Shown: positions 17,964 through 28,425, counted from the first letter of the stretch. The stretch: 64,000 nucleotides of DNA from an uncultured bacterium (GCA_938084905.1 CALKEQ010000001.1:106974-170973), one strand, 5' to 3'. The notes: generated from the sequence alone by a model not told the origin. Numbers and translations are program-made.

Positions 17964-18572
17964 CTAGTCTTTTAGACTTTTTACTTCCTTTAGAGAAGTT
18001 GTCAGACCGTCCTCGAATAAGAGCCTGGCTTTACCGTTTTCGCCTAGTTCAATCCCCTTCACCACCCTAAAGAGGTCAATCTGGCAAAAGATTATCCTGT
18101 TACCTTTGACAGCATAGGCGCTTACGTATATTGGGTTTTCTCCTTCGTGTCTAAAAACGAGAGGATCGCCTTTTTCCATCTTTACCTCTCTTTTCTCTCC
18201 AGTTTTAAGATCGGTTATGGAGATTATAACTCTCTCGTATTCTTCATCTGGCTTTACGTAGAGTTCATCCCCCTTAGTCATCACCTGGCTTCTCGTAGAT
18301 ACCCTTTTTCCAAGAAGGGATGCGAGGCTGCCTATGTTTAGGACCTCCATAGCTTCCCTTAGAGCATCAACTGACCTTTCAATGTTTTCTAGTTGCTCAA
18401 CCTGGGTTAACTGGGAAAGCTGTGAGATGAATTCGTACGGTTTGATTGGCTGGAGCGGATTCTGGTATTTCAGCTGGGCAACGAGGATCTTCAGAAACCC
18501 GTCCTTGTCAATGTGTGAAGGTCCATTAGGAAAAGCGCCACTTTTTTCTTCCCTTACACTGTCTACCCTCAT
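17964..18572 (-). CDS. flgD: hook capping protein FlgD
   Basis: FLKILVAQLKYQNPLQP, FISQLSQLTQVEQL. Confidence 0.93.
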   Translation of the reverse strand: MRVDSVREEKSGAFPNGPSHIDKDGFLKILVAQLKYQNPLQPIKPYEFISQLSQLTQVEQLENIERSVDALREAMEVLNIGSLASLLGKRVSTRSQVMTKGDELYVKPDEEYERVIISITDLKTGEKREVKMEKGDPLVFRHEGENPIYVSAYAVKGNRIIFCQIDLFRVVKGIELGENGKARLLFEDGLTTSLKEVKSLKD

Positions 18573-18583
18573 GACTCCCCCCT

Positions 18584-19876
18584 CTATGCTGATCCTATTA
18601 TCTTTTCCTCAAAATCTTCCACAAACTCTGCAAGTGAGTACCTACTTTTTTTCTCCTTTTGACCCCTTTTTTCAGTTTCCCTATTTTCAGGATAGACCTG
18701 TATGGCTGTGGGAACGTTTTTCTCCTCAAGGGAACGTATAATATGGTGCTTGTTTGTCTCGATAAAGCTTGCGAGCGCCTCGCTTTCTGTCTTTATCTCC
18801 ACCAGCACTTTTTCTCCAAGGTCCTTAAGAGCGATCTTTATTTTCTCTCCAGTATGGAACTCCACTTCCAAAGTTAGACTTTTTGCTTTATCAGCTAGGT
18901 AGTGGCTTTCTATCACCCTCTCAATTCTCTCGAGAATTGTATCCTCAAATCCCTTTTTCTCCAGATGGTGAAAAAAATCTATAGGGGGATAAGTAAATTT
19001 CTTTTCCCCAATCATCTCCTCTTTGGTTAGCTTTTCATCTTCTTTTGCCCTAAGAGACCCATAAGGATCGATCTTAGGATGTGTTTTTTTGTCTTCCTCA
19101 CACTCATTCTCGTTCATTTGGACATTTGAGTTGGAATTGCCATCGATTTTTAATACCTTTTGGATAATCTGATTCTCTTTTTGAGGTTTTGCCTCTGCGC
19201 AGATAGATTCACTCGAGTTACCTGCCAGCTCTTTTTGGTCGTATTTGAGTTCTCTTAACCGAAAAGGCAGAATGAAGCTAGTCCTCTTTTCTAGTCCATT
19301 TTTATGAACCAGTTCAAGGTCTTTGGGTAGCTCTGTCAATTCTTTTTCCGGTGGGTAAAACCTCTTTAGATCCTTTTCTTGCAGAATTTCCTCCAGGGGA
19401 GGCTTATCTTTACCCTTAGTTAGGGGTGCCTCTGGCTTCCTATCGAAAGAAAATCGCCACTCAGGATTTTTCGGACTAAAGGCACTTTCCACATGATTTA
19501 GGAAATTCTGAGGTATTAAAAGTGGGTAGTTTTTTTCACAGTGCCTCTCCTTTGGGTGAATTTCATCCTTATCAACCTTTTCTTGAGTAGAGTTAGCCTC
19601 TTTTAAACAGTTTTTTTCGGTTTTGATCGGGTAGACAAAGACTGGAGTCGAAAAAGAGAAAATTTCGTCATAGGATGTATCAAAGTCGTAGAAAAAAGGT
19701 TCTTTTTTATTCCCGCAAAATGGAAACTGCTGAGGACTTTCCTCTTTTTCGTCAATTGGGAACGACCTCAAAAATCTGTAAAGCATCTCTTGAAAATTTT
19801 TTATGCTCTCACTTTCAGATTGTTGGCAATTAGGGGAAACTGACCATATTCCTATAAAGGCAAAAAGCTCATCCAT
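18584..19876 (-). CDS. fliK: hook-length control protein FliK-like
   Basis: Low-complexity P/E/K-rich N-terminal region, beta-rich C-terminal domain, position upstream of flgD; start moved to ATG 19876, downstream of the sigma54 promoter and a GGAG SD. Confidence 0.7.
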   Translation of the reverse strand: MDELFAFIGIWSVSPNCQQSESESIKNFQEMLYRFLRSFPIDEKEESPQQFPFCGNKKEPFFYDFDTSYDEIFSFSTPVFVYPIKTEKNCLKEANSTQEKVDKDEIHPKERHCEKNYPLLIPQNFLNHVESAFSPKNPEWRFSFDRKPEAPLTKGKDKPPLEEILQEKDLKRFYPPEKELTELPKDLELVHKNGLEKRTSFILPFRLRELKYDQKELAGNSSESICAEAKPQKENQIIQKVLKIDGNSNSNVQMNENECEEDKKTHPKIDPYGSLRAKEDEKLTKEEMIGEKKFTYPPIDFFHHLEKKGFEDTILERIERVIESHYLADKAKSLTLEVEFHTGEKIKIALKDLGEKVLVEIKTESEALASFIETNKHHIIRSLEEKNVPTAIQVYPENRETEKRGQKEKKSRYSLAEFVEDFEEKIIGSA

Positions 19877-19910
19877 TGAAACTCCATCTAATCCCACAGA
19901 TTTCTTGAAA

Positions 19911-19925
19911 ACAAAAATTGTGCCA
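19911..19925 (-). promoter_or_regulatory. sigma54 promoter for fliK-flgD-flgE
   Basis: Minus strand TGGCACAATTTTTGT (GG-N10-GT, one mismatch at -12); IHF-like TTTCAAGGCTTTA at 19957-19969. Confidence 0.65.
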
Positions 19926-20023
19926 AAAAGGAAGGCTAATAAGACCAAGCTTCTTCTAAAGCCTTGAAATGAGGGGATTGGAAATTAATTCACAGGGCGG
20001 AAAAAATTTCCCTTGAATTATCT

Positions 20024-20446
20024 TTAAGCCTCTTTTGATCTAAGCGCAATATCGTCGATAATTTTCTGAGCCCTTCTAGATTCTTCCCTTTTCTTTTCCA
20101 AGATTGCCCTTTCCTTCAGTTTCTCAAGTTTCTTTATCTCCCTGTGGAGAAAGAGCAACTCTTCGCCTAGCTTTTCTGCCTTTCCTACGAGCAAGTTGAG
20201 CCTTTCTATTAGTTCCTTCTCCTTAATCTCCAGGGAATAAAGGTAGTCTCTTATGACGTTAAAATCGCACCCGTCAATAGGCCCGCAAAGTAACTCCCTA
20301 TATCTTCTCTCATATTCCTTTCCAGTCTCCCTTATCTCTTCTTTGGTCTTTTCAATTGCCTGCTTGATTTCTTTCAGTTCCTTCTCCTTTTCCTCCTTTT
20401 TCTTCTGCCTTACTTCTATTATTCTCCCTATGCGGCTTATAACCAT
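20024..20446 (-). CDS. fliJ: flagellar export protein FliJ
   Basis: Coiled coil ending QKIIDDIA; follows fliI. Confidence 0.85.
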   Translation of the reverse strand: MVISRIGRIIEVRQKKKEEKEKELKEIKQAIEKTKEEIRETGKEYERRYRELLCGPIDGCDFNVIRDYLYSLEIKEKELIERLNLLVGKAEKLGEELLFLHREIKKLEKLKERAILEKKREESRRAQKIIDDIALRSKEA

Positions 20447-20449
20447 GTT

Positions 20450-21757
20450 TTACGTGTAAAAAAGGATCTTCAGCGAATTAATCGTATCTTCCATCGTAAC
20501 CTTCTCGTTGACATCCTGCTTCAGGAAAAGCCTAATCTTATCTATCATGGAGATAGCGTAATCTATCTTCCTGTTACTTCCGGGTACGTACGCACCTATG
20601 TTTATAAGATCTTCCGCCCTTTCATATTCTGATAGAATTTCTATAACCCGAGAGGCGTATTCTAGCTGCTCCTTAGGCACAATATCCTTCATGAGCCTAC
20701 TTACACTTCTTAGTACATCGACAGCAGGATAGATATTTGAATCTGCGAGTTTTCTCGAAAGTACGATATGACCATCGAGGATAGCCCTCGAAGCATCTGC
20801 TACAGGGTCCTCCATATCGTCCCCCTCCACAAGGACAGTGTATATGGCGGTCATGGAGCCACTGCCTTCCCCATTTCCAGTTCTTTCAAGAAGCCTGGAA
20901 AGCTGGGAAAACACACTAGGTGTGTATCCCTTTGTTGTGGGAGGCTCACCTATCGCAAGTCCAATTTCCCTTTGTGCCATAGCAAAACGGGTGAGTGAAT
21001 CCATCATCAGAAGAACATCGTAACCCCTATCTCTGAAATATTCGGCAATTGCCACGGTTAGATAGGCACCCCTTATCCTTATGAGTGGTGGCTCATCTGA
21101 TGTGGCAACTATCACTACAGAGTGGGAAAGACCATCTCCCAGATCCCTTTCTATGAACTCCCTTACCTCTCTACCCCTTTCTCCTATAAGACCAATAACA
21201 TTTATCTCAGCGGCTGTATGTCTTGCGATCATTCCCAGAAGAACACTTTTCCCAACTCCCGAACCGGAAAATATACCAATTCTCTGCCCCTTGCCACAGG
21301 TCAGAAGGCCATTGATAGAACGGATACCAAGATCGAGAGGCTCTGTGATCCTTTTTTTCTTCAGGGGATTAACAGTCCTCCTGTATATAGGGACTGGATC
21401 TTTGCAGGAGAGATCACCCTTTCCGTCTATTGGGTATCCAAGACCATTTATCACCCTTCCTAAAAGTTCATCGCCTGCGTAATAAAGTACGGACTGTCTC
21501 CTCGTAAGTATCTTTGAACCAACCCCTATTCCCCTTATATCACCTAATGGCATCAAAAGGGTTTTTCCGTCTCTAAAACCGACAACTTCCGCCTCAATTG
21601 GATTAGAGTTTTCAAAGGGAAAAATGGAAGCACTGTCGCCAACGGAACATATTGGTCCCTTCCCCTCTATTACCGTACCCACAACCTGCTCAACTTTTCC
21701 GTAAATCCGATAAGGGTAGAGGCTTGAAATTCTCTCCTTTATTCTAGGCAGGTCCAT
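20450..21757 (-). CDS. fliI: flagellum-specific ATPase FliI
   Basis: GSGVGKS, GERGREV, DSLTRFAMAQREIGL, GEPPTTKGY. Confidence 0.98.
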   Translation of the reverse strand: MDLPRIKERISSLYPYRIYGKVEQVVGTVIEGKGPICSVGDSASIFPFENSNPIEAEVVGFRDGKTLLMPLGDIRGIGVGSKILTRRQSVLYYAGDELLGRVINGLGYPIDGKGDLSCKDPVPIYRRTVNPLKKKRITEPLDLGIRSINGLLTCGKGQRIGIFSGSGVGKSVLLGMIARHTAAEINVIGLIGERGREVREFIERDLGDGLSHSVVIVATSDEPPLIRIRGAYLTVAIAEYFRDRGYDVLLMMDSLTRFAMAQREIGLAIGEPPTTKGYTPSVFSQLSRLLERTGNGEGSGSMTAIYTVLVEGDDMEDPVADASRAILDGHIVLSRKLADSNIYPAVDVLRSVSRLMKDIVPKEQLEYASRVIEILSEYERAEDLINIGAYVPGSNRKIDYAISMIDKIRLFLKQDVNEKVTMEDTINSLKILFYT

Positions 21758-22350
21758 ATTACCCTTTTTATCTCCTCCAACTGGGTTGTAAACGTACCGT
21801 CTATCTCCCCAAAATTACTCTCTATTATAAAACCTGGGTCTTTAAGCGTCTCGTCAGGTAGGACTTTAATGAATGGGACACTACTAGATAAATGAGTCAC
21901 ATCTTCAGGCCTTACCCTTACTGTTATCTCCCATTTTTTCTCACAGATCTCCAGCCCTTTTCTTACCATTGACACGATTATATTTCTATCTATGGAACAC
22001 TCCTTCAAAATAATTGCCTCAGAAACTAAAACCGCAAGCTCACAGGCAAGGTACTCCGTCTTCTTCCTCATCTCCTCCCTTAATCCTTCCAAACCTGCAA
22101 TTAGGTTATTGAGTCTTTTTATTACAGGTTCAACCTTCTTCATTCCCATCTCGTATCCGGCCTTTTCTCCTTCCGCGTAAGCCTCCTCAAAGACCCTTCT
22201 TATCTTTTCTTCAAATTTCTCCACTTCCATTTTCTCAGATTTGACTTCACTGAAGAGTGGATGGAAGTCCGTCTCTGGGATGTTTGCACGTTCTTCTTTT
22301 AGATCTTCGAGCTTAAAAGGCAGAGGTTTATATGAATCTTTCATTTCCAC
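21739..22350 (-). CDS. fliH: flagellar assembly protein FliH
   Basis: AYAEGEKAGYEMG GxxxG repeat, IIESNFGEIDG; alternative start at ATG 22344. Confidence 0.9.
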   Translation of the reverse strand: MEMKDSYKPLPFKLEDLKEERANIPETDFHPLFSEVKSEKMEVEKFEEKIRRVFEEAYAEGEKAGYEMGMKKVEPVIKRLNNLIAGLEGLREEMRKKTEYLACELAVLVSEAIILKECSIDRNIIVSMVRKGLEICEKKWEITVRVRPEDVTHLSSSVPFIKVLPDETLKDPGFIIESNFGEIDGTFTTQLEEIKRVIWTCLE

Positions 22351-23347
22351 GGGAAAGGACTATTTTTCCCTCAGACTCAAGCTTTTTCGCCAGCATGGCT
22401 ATTTTTTGTTGCGCTTTTTCAACTTCCGAGACTCTTACTGGCCCCATCGCTTCCATATCTTCCTTCAGCATGGCTTTTGCCCTTTCCGACATGTTGCTAA
22501 ATATCTTCTCTCTTATCTCTTCTGACGCACCTTTGAGGGCCAGCGCCAGATCCTCGGAAGAAATCTCTTTCAAGAGTACCTGTATCCCCCTGTCGTCGAT
22601 CTTTAGAAGATCTTCAAAGGTAAACATCAATTGCCTTATTTTTTCCGCAAGCTCCGGATTTCTCTCTTCGATGGCACCTAAAAGCTCGGACTCTCTGGTT
22701 CTGTCCATCTGGTTGAGGATGTTTGCGGCCATCTCCACGCCACCGAGCTCCTTCCCCTCAATTAAGCCTATGGATTCCAACTGATCCTTAAGTACACTCT
22801 CTATCTCTTCCAATATTTTCCTGTCCACCTTCTCAAGCCTAGCAATTCGCATAAGAACTTCTGCCTGCAAACTATCTGGCAGACTCATCAAAGCCTCGGC
22901 GGCACGTCTTAATCCGAGTGCTGATAAAACGACAGCTATGGTTTGGGGATGTTCACCTTTGAGCACGTATGCCAGAACTTTTGGGTCACATGTTCTTAGA
23001 AACTCACCTGGCATTCCCTTTTTCAATTCCATTTGCTCAAAAAACGCTTCAGCTTTTTCCTCTCCGAGTGTCTCCTTTAGAAGTCTTTTAAGCATGTCCT
23101 CTCCATTTATTATTTTTTTTCCCATCCTGTTTGCCAAAAGTAAAAACTCCTCATGAACCTTCTGAACAACCTCCTCTGGGATGTTCTTCAATTCTGCTAT
23201 TTCAGTGGCGATAAGCTCAATTTCTTTCTCATCAAGGCTCTTAAGTATCTCCTTTGAGATACTCTCATCAATTGTTAGAAGAAGAATCGCGGCCTTCTTT
23301 GCTCCCGAAAGTTCCGTCCTTTCGCTCACATGCTCTCCCTTATCCAT
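22328..23347 (-). CDS. fliG: motor switch protein FliG
   Basis: KKAAILLL, EHPQTIA, GGVE, MFTFEDL, NMSERA. Confidence 0.97.
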   Translation of the reverse strand: MDKGEHVSERTELSGAKKAAILLLTIDESISKEILKSLDEKEIELIATEIAELKNIPEEVVQKVHEEFLLLANRMGKKIINGEDMLKRLLKETLGEEKAEAFFEQMELKKGMPGEFLRTCDPKVLAYVLKGEHPQTIAVVLSALGLRRAAEALMSLPDSLQAEVLMRIARLEKVDRKILEEIESVLKDQLESIGLIEGKELGGVEMAANILNQMDRTRESELLGAIEERNPELAEKIRQLMFTFEDLLKIDDRGIQVLLKEISSEDLALALKGASEEIREKIFSNMSERAKAMLKEDMEAMGPVRVSEVEKAQQKIAMLAKKLESEGKIVLSRGNERFI

Positions 23348-24930
23348 TCCTTAATTACTGCCCGTGCCGTCTCCTTATCAAATGTCTTTTCTGCGAGAAA
23401 CTTCTGGGCACCTTCAGAAAGAGGTACAGCCTGTGGGGAAACCTTTATTTCCCTTACACTTTCTGCCTCTTTGCCACCAGGTATTGTGTAAGATATGGTC
23501 CCTTCTCTTTTCGCTGTCTTTAACATACCTATTAGGGGTCTCACAACAAAGAATAGAACTGTAAGGACGAGTATGACGTAAAAGGCGTATCTTGATAACA
23601 TGTATATCATCTCTCTTTTCTCTTCTTTTTCCAGCTGTGCTTTTTCGTCTACGAAGCCTTCAGTCTCAAATGGGGTGTTTATGACCTCTATCCTGTCCCC
23701 CCTTTCCTCATTAAAACCCACAGCCATTGAAACGAGTCTTTTTATGTCCTCAATCTCTTTTTCGGTCCTTGGAATGTACTTGATTTCGTCTCCTTTTTTC
23801 CCTTTTTGTATTTCGTATTTCCCATCCACAACAACCGCCACAGAGATCCTTTTTATATCTCCGTAAGGTTCAACGATCTTTTTTACCGTCCTGCTGACCT
23901 CGTAACTGGCCTCAGACTCCTCCCTTTCCGATAGTTGAAGTTGTTCGCTCTCCCTCATTGTCTTTTCATCACTCGTTTTCAAATTCGATTTTACTCCCGG
24001 TACACCTCCCGATTTCCCATACCTGTTCGTAGATTTTTCCCTCACTTTTTTTTCACTGGTTAAAACAACTTTGTTCGGCTGATATTCCTCCTCCAGCTTT
24101 TCCACCTTTCTGAAATTTAAGTCCACGGAGACTCTAACTACAGATTTTCCCGGATTAAGAAAGCTATCTAACATCGACTGGAGTGACTCTTCGATCCTCT
24201 TCTCTATATTTCTTTGGATTTCAAACTGATAGGCAGAAGTTGATGAAGGGCTTTCCTTTTCCATTCCCTTAAATAGAACCTTACCCTGCGCATCTACGAC
24301 AACCACATTCTCAGGCTTAAGTCCCTCAACGCTTGAGGCGACAAGATGAACGATGCTCATGACCGCCTCTCTAGAGAGTACCCTTCCAGGTTTTAGTTTT
24401 ACAAAAACAGAGGCGGTGGGTTCCTTTTCCCTTTCCGTATAGAGGGATTTCTCAGGGAAGGCAATGTGGACTCTCGATGCTTTTACTTCTGGAATTTGGT
24501 TTATGGTTCTTTGAAGTTCACCCTGGATGGCCCTTCTGTAATTTACGTTTTGCATAAATTCTGTCATTCCGTAACTCGTTTTGTCAAAAAGTTCAAAGCC
24601 CACCCCTCCACTTCCAGGAAGGGCATTTTGGGATGCAAGGGATAGCCTTACCTCGTGGACTTTTTCCTTTGGTACGTAAATAGCAGTTCCGCCTGCTTCG
24701 AGTCTATAGGGGACCTTCTGCTCTTTCAGTTTTGCCACTATCATGGAGGCGTCTTCCACTGAGAGACCAAAAAATAGAGGACTGTAACTTTCCCTCTGGA
24801 GAAAGGAAAGACCTATTACCGAACCTCCCAGAACCATAACAAGGATGAGCAAGTAGGTGTACAGTTTTGCCTTGGGAAGGGATTTAAGGTAGTTCTTAGT
24901 GCCGTTGACGTATACCTCCAGGCCTGCCAT
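23326..24930 (-). CDS. fliF: MS-ring protein FliF
   Basis: GFELFDK, RAIQGELQRTI, ASRVHIA, two TM segments. Confidence 0.97.
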   Translation of the reverse strand: MAGLEVYVNGTKNYLKSLPKAKLYTYLLILVMVLGGSVIGLSFLQRESYSPLFFGLSVEDASMIVAKLKEQKVPYRLEAGGTAIYVPKEKVHEVRLSLASQNALPGSGGVGFELFDKTSYGMTEFMQNVNYRRAIQGELQRTINQIPEVKASRVHIAFPEKSLYTEREKEPTASVFVKLKPGRVLSREAVMSIVHLVASSVEGLKPENVVVVDAQGKVLFKGMEKESPSSTSAYQFEIQRNIEKRIEESLQSMLDSFLNPGKSVVRVSVDLNFRKVEKLEEEYQPNKVVLTSEKKVREKSTNRYGKSGGVPGVKSNLKTSDEKTMRESEQLQLSEREESEASYEVSRTVKKIVEPYGDIKRISVAVVVDGKYEIQKGKKGDEIKYIPRTEKEIEDIKRLVSMAVGFNEERGDRIEVINTPFETEGFVDEKAQLEKEEKREMIYMLSRYAFYVILVLTVLFFVVRPLIGMLKTAKREGTISYTIPGGKEAESVREIKVSPQAVPLSEGAQKFLAEKTFDKETARAVIKEWIRESM

Positions 24931-24933
24931 ATT

Positions 24934-25221
24934 TTACACCTGCATTCTCATGATCTCTTCGTAGGCAGATATGATTTTATTTCTTATCTGCATCATTAAC
25001 TGGAATGTGAGGTCTGCCTTCTCAATGGAGATCATAACATTGTGCAGATCAGTTGAATCGCTTCTTATCAGTTTTTCAGCCTCTCTGTTTGCTTCTCTTT
25101 CTAAATCCATTACCTTCTGAATGTAGTCTTTTAACATTTCACCAAATGTGACTTTTTCCTTCTCCTTCGTCTTCTCGGTCGACAAAGAAAAATCAGGAAT
25201 TTTTAAACTTTCTACTTTCAT
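24934..25221 (-). CDS. fliE: hook-basal body protein FliE
   Basis: DLHNVMI..KA, IRNKIISAYEEIMRMQV. Confidence 0.96.
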   Translation of the reverse strand: MKVESLKIPDFSLSTEKTKEKEKVTFGEMLKDYIQKVMDLEREANREAEKLIRSDSTDLHNVMISIEKADLTFQLMMQIRNKIISAYEEIMRMQV

Positions 25222-25232
25222 CTAAGATCCTC

Positions 25233-25646
25233 CTATTTAAGTATTTCAAGGGTTTTCATGATCATCTCCTTTGTCGCACCAATCACATTCAGATTGGCCT
25301 CATAGGATCTTGAGGCGTCAAGCATGTCTGTCATCTCCTCCAGAATGTTTACGTTTGGATAATTGACGTATCCATTTTCGTCCGCATCGGGATGAGAAGG
25401 ATCATAGACCTTCTGGAAGGGGTCCTTACTCTCCACTATCTCCTTTACTTTCACACCCTGAATTCTCTCTTTCAATGTCTCTTTAAAGGTTTCGGGAACG
25501 AAGACAACCTCTTTTTTCCTGTAAGGAGTACCATCCTCGGTTCTTGTGGTGCTAACGTTCGCGAGATTTGATGATATTACTTCCATTCTAATTCTCTGGG
25601 CAGAAAGTGCAGACCCACTGATCTTTAATGCGTCGAATGATGCCAT
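25233..25646 (-). CDS. flgC: basal-body rod protein FlgC
   Basis: SNLANV, YDPSHPDAD..GYV.YPNV, ASRSYEAN; start at ATG 25646. Confidence 0.96.
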   Translation of the reverse strand: MASFDALKISGSALSAQRIRMEVISSNLANVSTTRTEDGTPYRKKEVVFVPETFKETLKERIQGVKVKEIVESKDPFQKVYDPSHPDADENGYVNYPNVNILEEMTDMLDASRSYEANLNVIGATKEMIMKTLEILK

Positions 25647-25653
25647 TTTTAGA

Positions 25654-26001
25654 TTACCTCCTTCCCTCATTTATTAGGTATCTTAGGAGCGAAAACCTTT
25701 TCACAAGAATTTGAATCAATGCGTTGTACATCAAAGTGTTCTCCGTAAGCTTAACCATCTCTTCCTCCAGATCGACTGTGTTGCCATCTGGGGAGTGAAC
25801 CCCCTCTTGAACTTCAGCAATCTCCTTGACCCTTATGTCTTCAACTCTTTTTATCTCTCTTTTCATCTCAGAGGCAAAATCTATCTCTTTCCTTTTGTAG
25901 TTAGGCGTGTTCACATTAGCAAGGTTTCCAGCGATTATTTTGTGGTAAAAAGCCCTGATGTTCAGTGCCTTTTCAATCAGAGAATCTCCCGCCATAGTCA
26001 A
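25654..26001 (-). CDS. flgB: basal-body rod protein FlgB
   Basis: NLANVNTPNYK, DGNTVDLEEEM. Confidence 0.95.
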   Translation of the reverse strand: MTMAGDSLIEKALNIRAFYHKIIAGNLANVNTPNYKRKEIDFASEMKREIKRVEDIRVKEIAEVQEGVHSPDGNTVDLEEEMVKLTENTLMYNALIQILVKRFSLLRYLINEGRR

Positions 26002-27280
26002 CCTCAGGAATCTTTATCCCCATCTTTCTATATTCCCTTATCTTGTTTCTCAGTGTTCTCGCCGTTATGCCGAGTATCTTTGCCGCCTTAGTTCTGTTCC
26101 CTTTTGTAGCTTTCAAGGTTTCAAGGATCATTTTCGTCTCCATCTCTTCTAGGGACCCACTCATATTTGGAGTTTTTTCTTCAATTTCAATTAAGTGCTT
26201 AAGCCTTATTACAGAGTAGTCTGAAAGTATGCAGGCCCGGGCTATGGCATTTTCGAGTTCCCTCACATTTCCCTTCCATTCCCTATTAATCAAATATTCC
26301 ATAGCCTCATCATCAATCCTCACATCCATCCCCTTTGAGTATTTTTTAATCATGTGATTTACAAGAGGAGGAATATCCTCCTTTCTTTCCCGAAGAGGAG
26401 GGACAACTATTGGAAAGACATTCAGTCTGTAATATAGATCCTCCCTGAATTTACCTTCATCTACAAGCCTTTTTACGTCCCTGTTTGATGTGGCAATGAC
26501 CCTCACATCCACCTTCTTTGGATACTTCGCTCCCAATATTTCTATCTCTTTTTCCTGGAGAACTCTAAGAATCTTTGACTGAAGCCTTAGGTCCATTTCC
26601 GTTATCTCATCGAGTAGGATCGTGCCCTTGTCAGCCAACTCGAACTTACCGGCCTTTCTATGCGTGGCACCTGTAAAGGCTCCCTTCTCAAAACCGAAAA
26701 GCTCACTTTCCAACAAATTCTCAGGTATTGAGGCGCAATTGACAGGAATAAAGGGTTTGTCCCTGCGGCTACTTCTCTCATGAATGTACCTTGAAATCAG
26801 TTCCTTTCCCACCCCACTTTCTCCGAGTACGAGGACAGTTACATCCGATTTTGCAACCTTCTCTGCAGCGAGGAGGACCTCTTTCATCTTCTTCGACTCA
26901 TAAACTATCTTTCCATTTCCTCCCGCTAGTGCCCTCTTTACTACTCCGTAGAGGGCATCAATGGTAAAGGGCTTCTGTATGTAATCAAAGGCCCCTCTCT
27001 TCATTGCGGATACTGCATCATCTATAGATCCATACGCTGTGATAAGGACTACAGGTATAAGTGGCATGTTCTCCTTTATGTACGTCAAAAGGTCAATCCC
27101 GTCCATTTTTGGCATTCTAACATCAGATATAACAAGGTCGAAGAACCCTCTATCTAGTTCCTCCTTTGCCTTTTTTCCATCTTCCGCAAGGGTCACAGAG
27201 TAACCCTGCCTCAAAAGCACCTCTTTCAACGCGATCCTCATCTTCTCATCGTCATCAACTATTAGTATCCTCTCCTTCAT
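25973..27280 (-). CDS. sigma54-dependent response regulator, FlrC/FleR-like
   Basis: REC + AAA+ ([23 protein letters not shown]) + Fis HTH; follows the histidine kinase and precedes flgB. Confidence 0.9.
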   Translation of the reverse strand: MKERILIVDDDEKMRIALKEVLLRQGYSVTLAEDGKKAKEELDRGFFDLVISDVRMPKMDGIDLLTYIKENMPLIPVVLITAYGSIDDAVSAMKRGAFDYIQKPFTIDALYGVVKRALAGGNGKIVYESKKMKEVLLAAEKVAKSDVTVLVLGESGVGKELISRYIHERSSRRDKPFIPVNCASIPENLLESELFGFEKGAFTGATHRKAGKFELADKGTILLDEITEMDLRLQSKILRVLQEKEIEILGAKYPKKVDVRVIATSNRDVKRLVDEGKFREDLYYRLNVFPIVVPPLRERKEDIPPLVNHMIKKYSKGMDVRIDDEAMEYLINREWKGNVRELENAIARACILSDYSVIRLKHLIEIEEKTPNMSGSLEEMETKMILETLKATKGNRTKAAKILGITARTLRNKIREYRKMGIKIPEVDYGGRFSD

Positions 27281-27282
27281 AC

Positions 27283-28356
27283 TTACCCTGTTGGAAGGAA
27301 AATGGTGAATCTTGTCCCCTCATTAACCTTAGACTCTACTTCAATAAATCCGCCATGTGCCTTCACAATGTTATAGACTGTAAAAAGTCCTAGCCCTACA
27401 CCTTTCTCCTTTGTTGTGAAAAATGGATTGAAGATCGATTTTTTTACCTCTTCCGTCATCCCCCTTCCGTTGTCGGCTACAACAAGAACAGTAAACTTCC
27501 CCTCTTCTTTAACTTCAATTTCTATCTTTCCTCCCTGGTCTAAAGCTTCCTTGGCGTTCATCAAAAGGTTCATTACGGCGAGTTTCATAAGGTGGGGGTC
27601 AACTGACTTAGGTCCCTTTTCCCTTTCACGGAAGGTGAGCTCTATGCCACTTTGCTCAAATGAAAGTCTCATGAAGTCGAGGATCTCCCTTATTACGTCA
27701 GATAGCCTAACTTTCCTCAAACAAAGTGACTTCGGCTTCGTGTAAGAGAGAAGGTTATTCACAATTCTGTCTATGTTCCTTATCCCTTCAGATATATGCT
27801 CCACATAAGATTTCTGCTTTTCCTCAAGAGTGTCTTTTAAGAGCATTGATGCAAAAAGTTCCATACTACCTAAAGGGTTTTTTATTTCATGGGCAATCCT
27901 AAGCGCCATCTCCCCCATCGCTTTTAACCTTTGATCCATCTCAAGTCTCTCCCTCATTTTTTCAACTTCCGTTGTATCCTCAATTACAACTATTTCCTGA
28001 TTCTTTCTTCCAGACAAAGATTCTCTCTTCCATCTGTAAGAGGAGGCTGAGATTTTCGTCTCACCCTCCTTCTTTCCATCCAAGTTGATCCTCTCCAATA
28101 TAGGCTCAAATCTCATCTCTCTGGCCCTGTTGTTGGAAAAGAGGACACGATCTTCTTCCATAACGATTACGGCAACTGGAAGTGAGTCCAGAATAGTTCT
28201 TAGGTCCTCTTTTGTGCTTTCAAGTTCCCTGTTTTTCTGTTCTATCTCCCTTTTCAATGCCTCTACTGTTTTTTCAAGGAGAGAATAGTAGGCTATAAGG
28301 GATTCGGAAGCACGAGAAAACTCAAGAAAAGCATCCCTTAAGAGTTCCTTTTCCAT
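27283..28356 (-). CDS. cytoplasmic sensor histidine kinase, FlrB/FleS-like
   Basis: N-terminal coiled coil and PAS-like region, AHEIKNPL H-box, DNGRG, FFTTKEKGVGLGL; start at ATG 28356. Confidence 0.88.
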   Translation of the reverse strand: MEKELLRDAFLEFSRASESLIAYYSLLEKTVEALKREIEQKNRELESTKEDLRTILDSLPVAVIVMEEDRVLFSNNRAREMRFEPILERINLDGKKEGETKISASSYRWKRESLSGRKNQEIVVIEDTTEVEKMRERLEMDQRLKAMGEMALRIAHEIKNPLGSMELFASMLLKDTLEEKQKSYVEHISEGIRNIDRIVNNLLSYTKPKSLCLRKVRLSDVIREILDFMRLSFEQSGIELTFREREKGPKSVDPHLMKLAVMNLLMNAKEALDQGGKIEIEVKEEGKFTVLVVADNGRGMTEEVKKSIFNPFFTTKEKGVGLGLFTVYNIVKAHGGFIEVESKVNEGTRFTIFLPTG

Positions 28357-28370
28357 CCCCCTTTTTTTCT

Positions 28371-28385
28371 GCAAGAACTGTACCA
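28371..28385 (-). promoter_or_regulatory. sigma54 promoter for the flrB-flrC-flgB...fliJ operon
   Basis: Minus strand TGGTACAGTTCTTGC (GG-N10-GC). Confidence 0.75.
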
Positions 28386-28425
28386 GACTTGGAAGGGTTC
28401 AGGTTTAAAAGTTGAATAGTGAATA

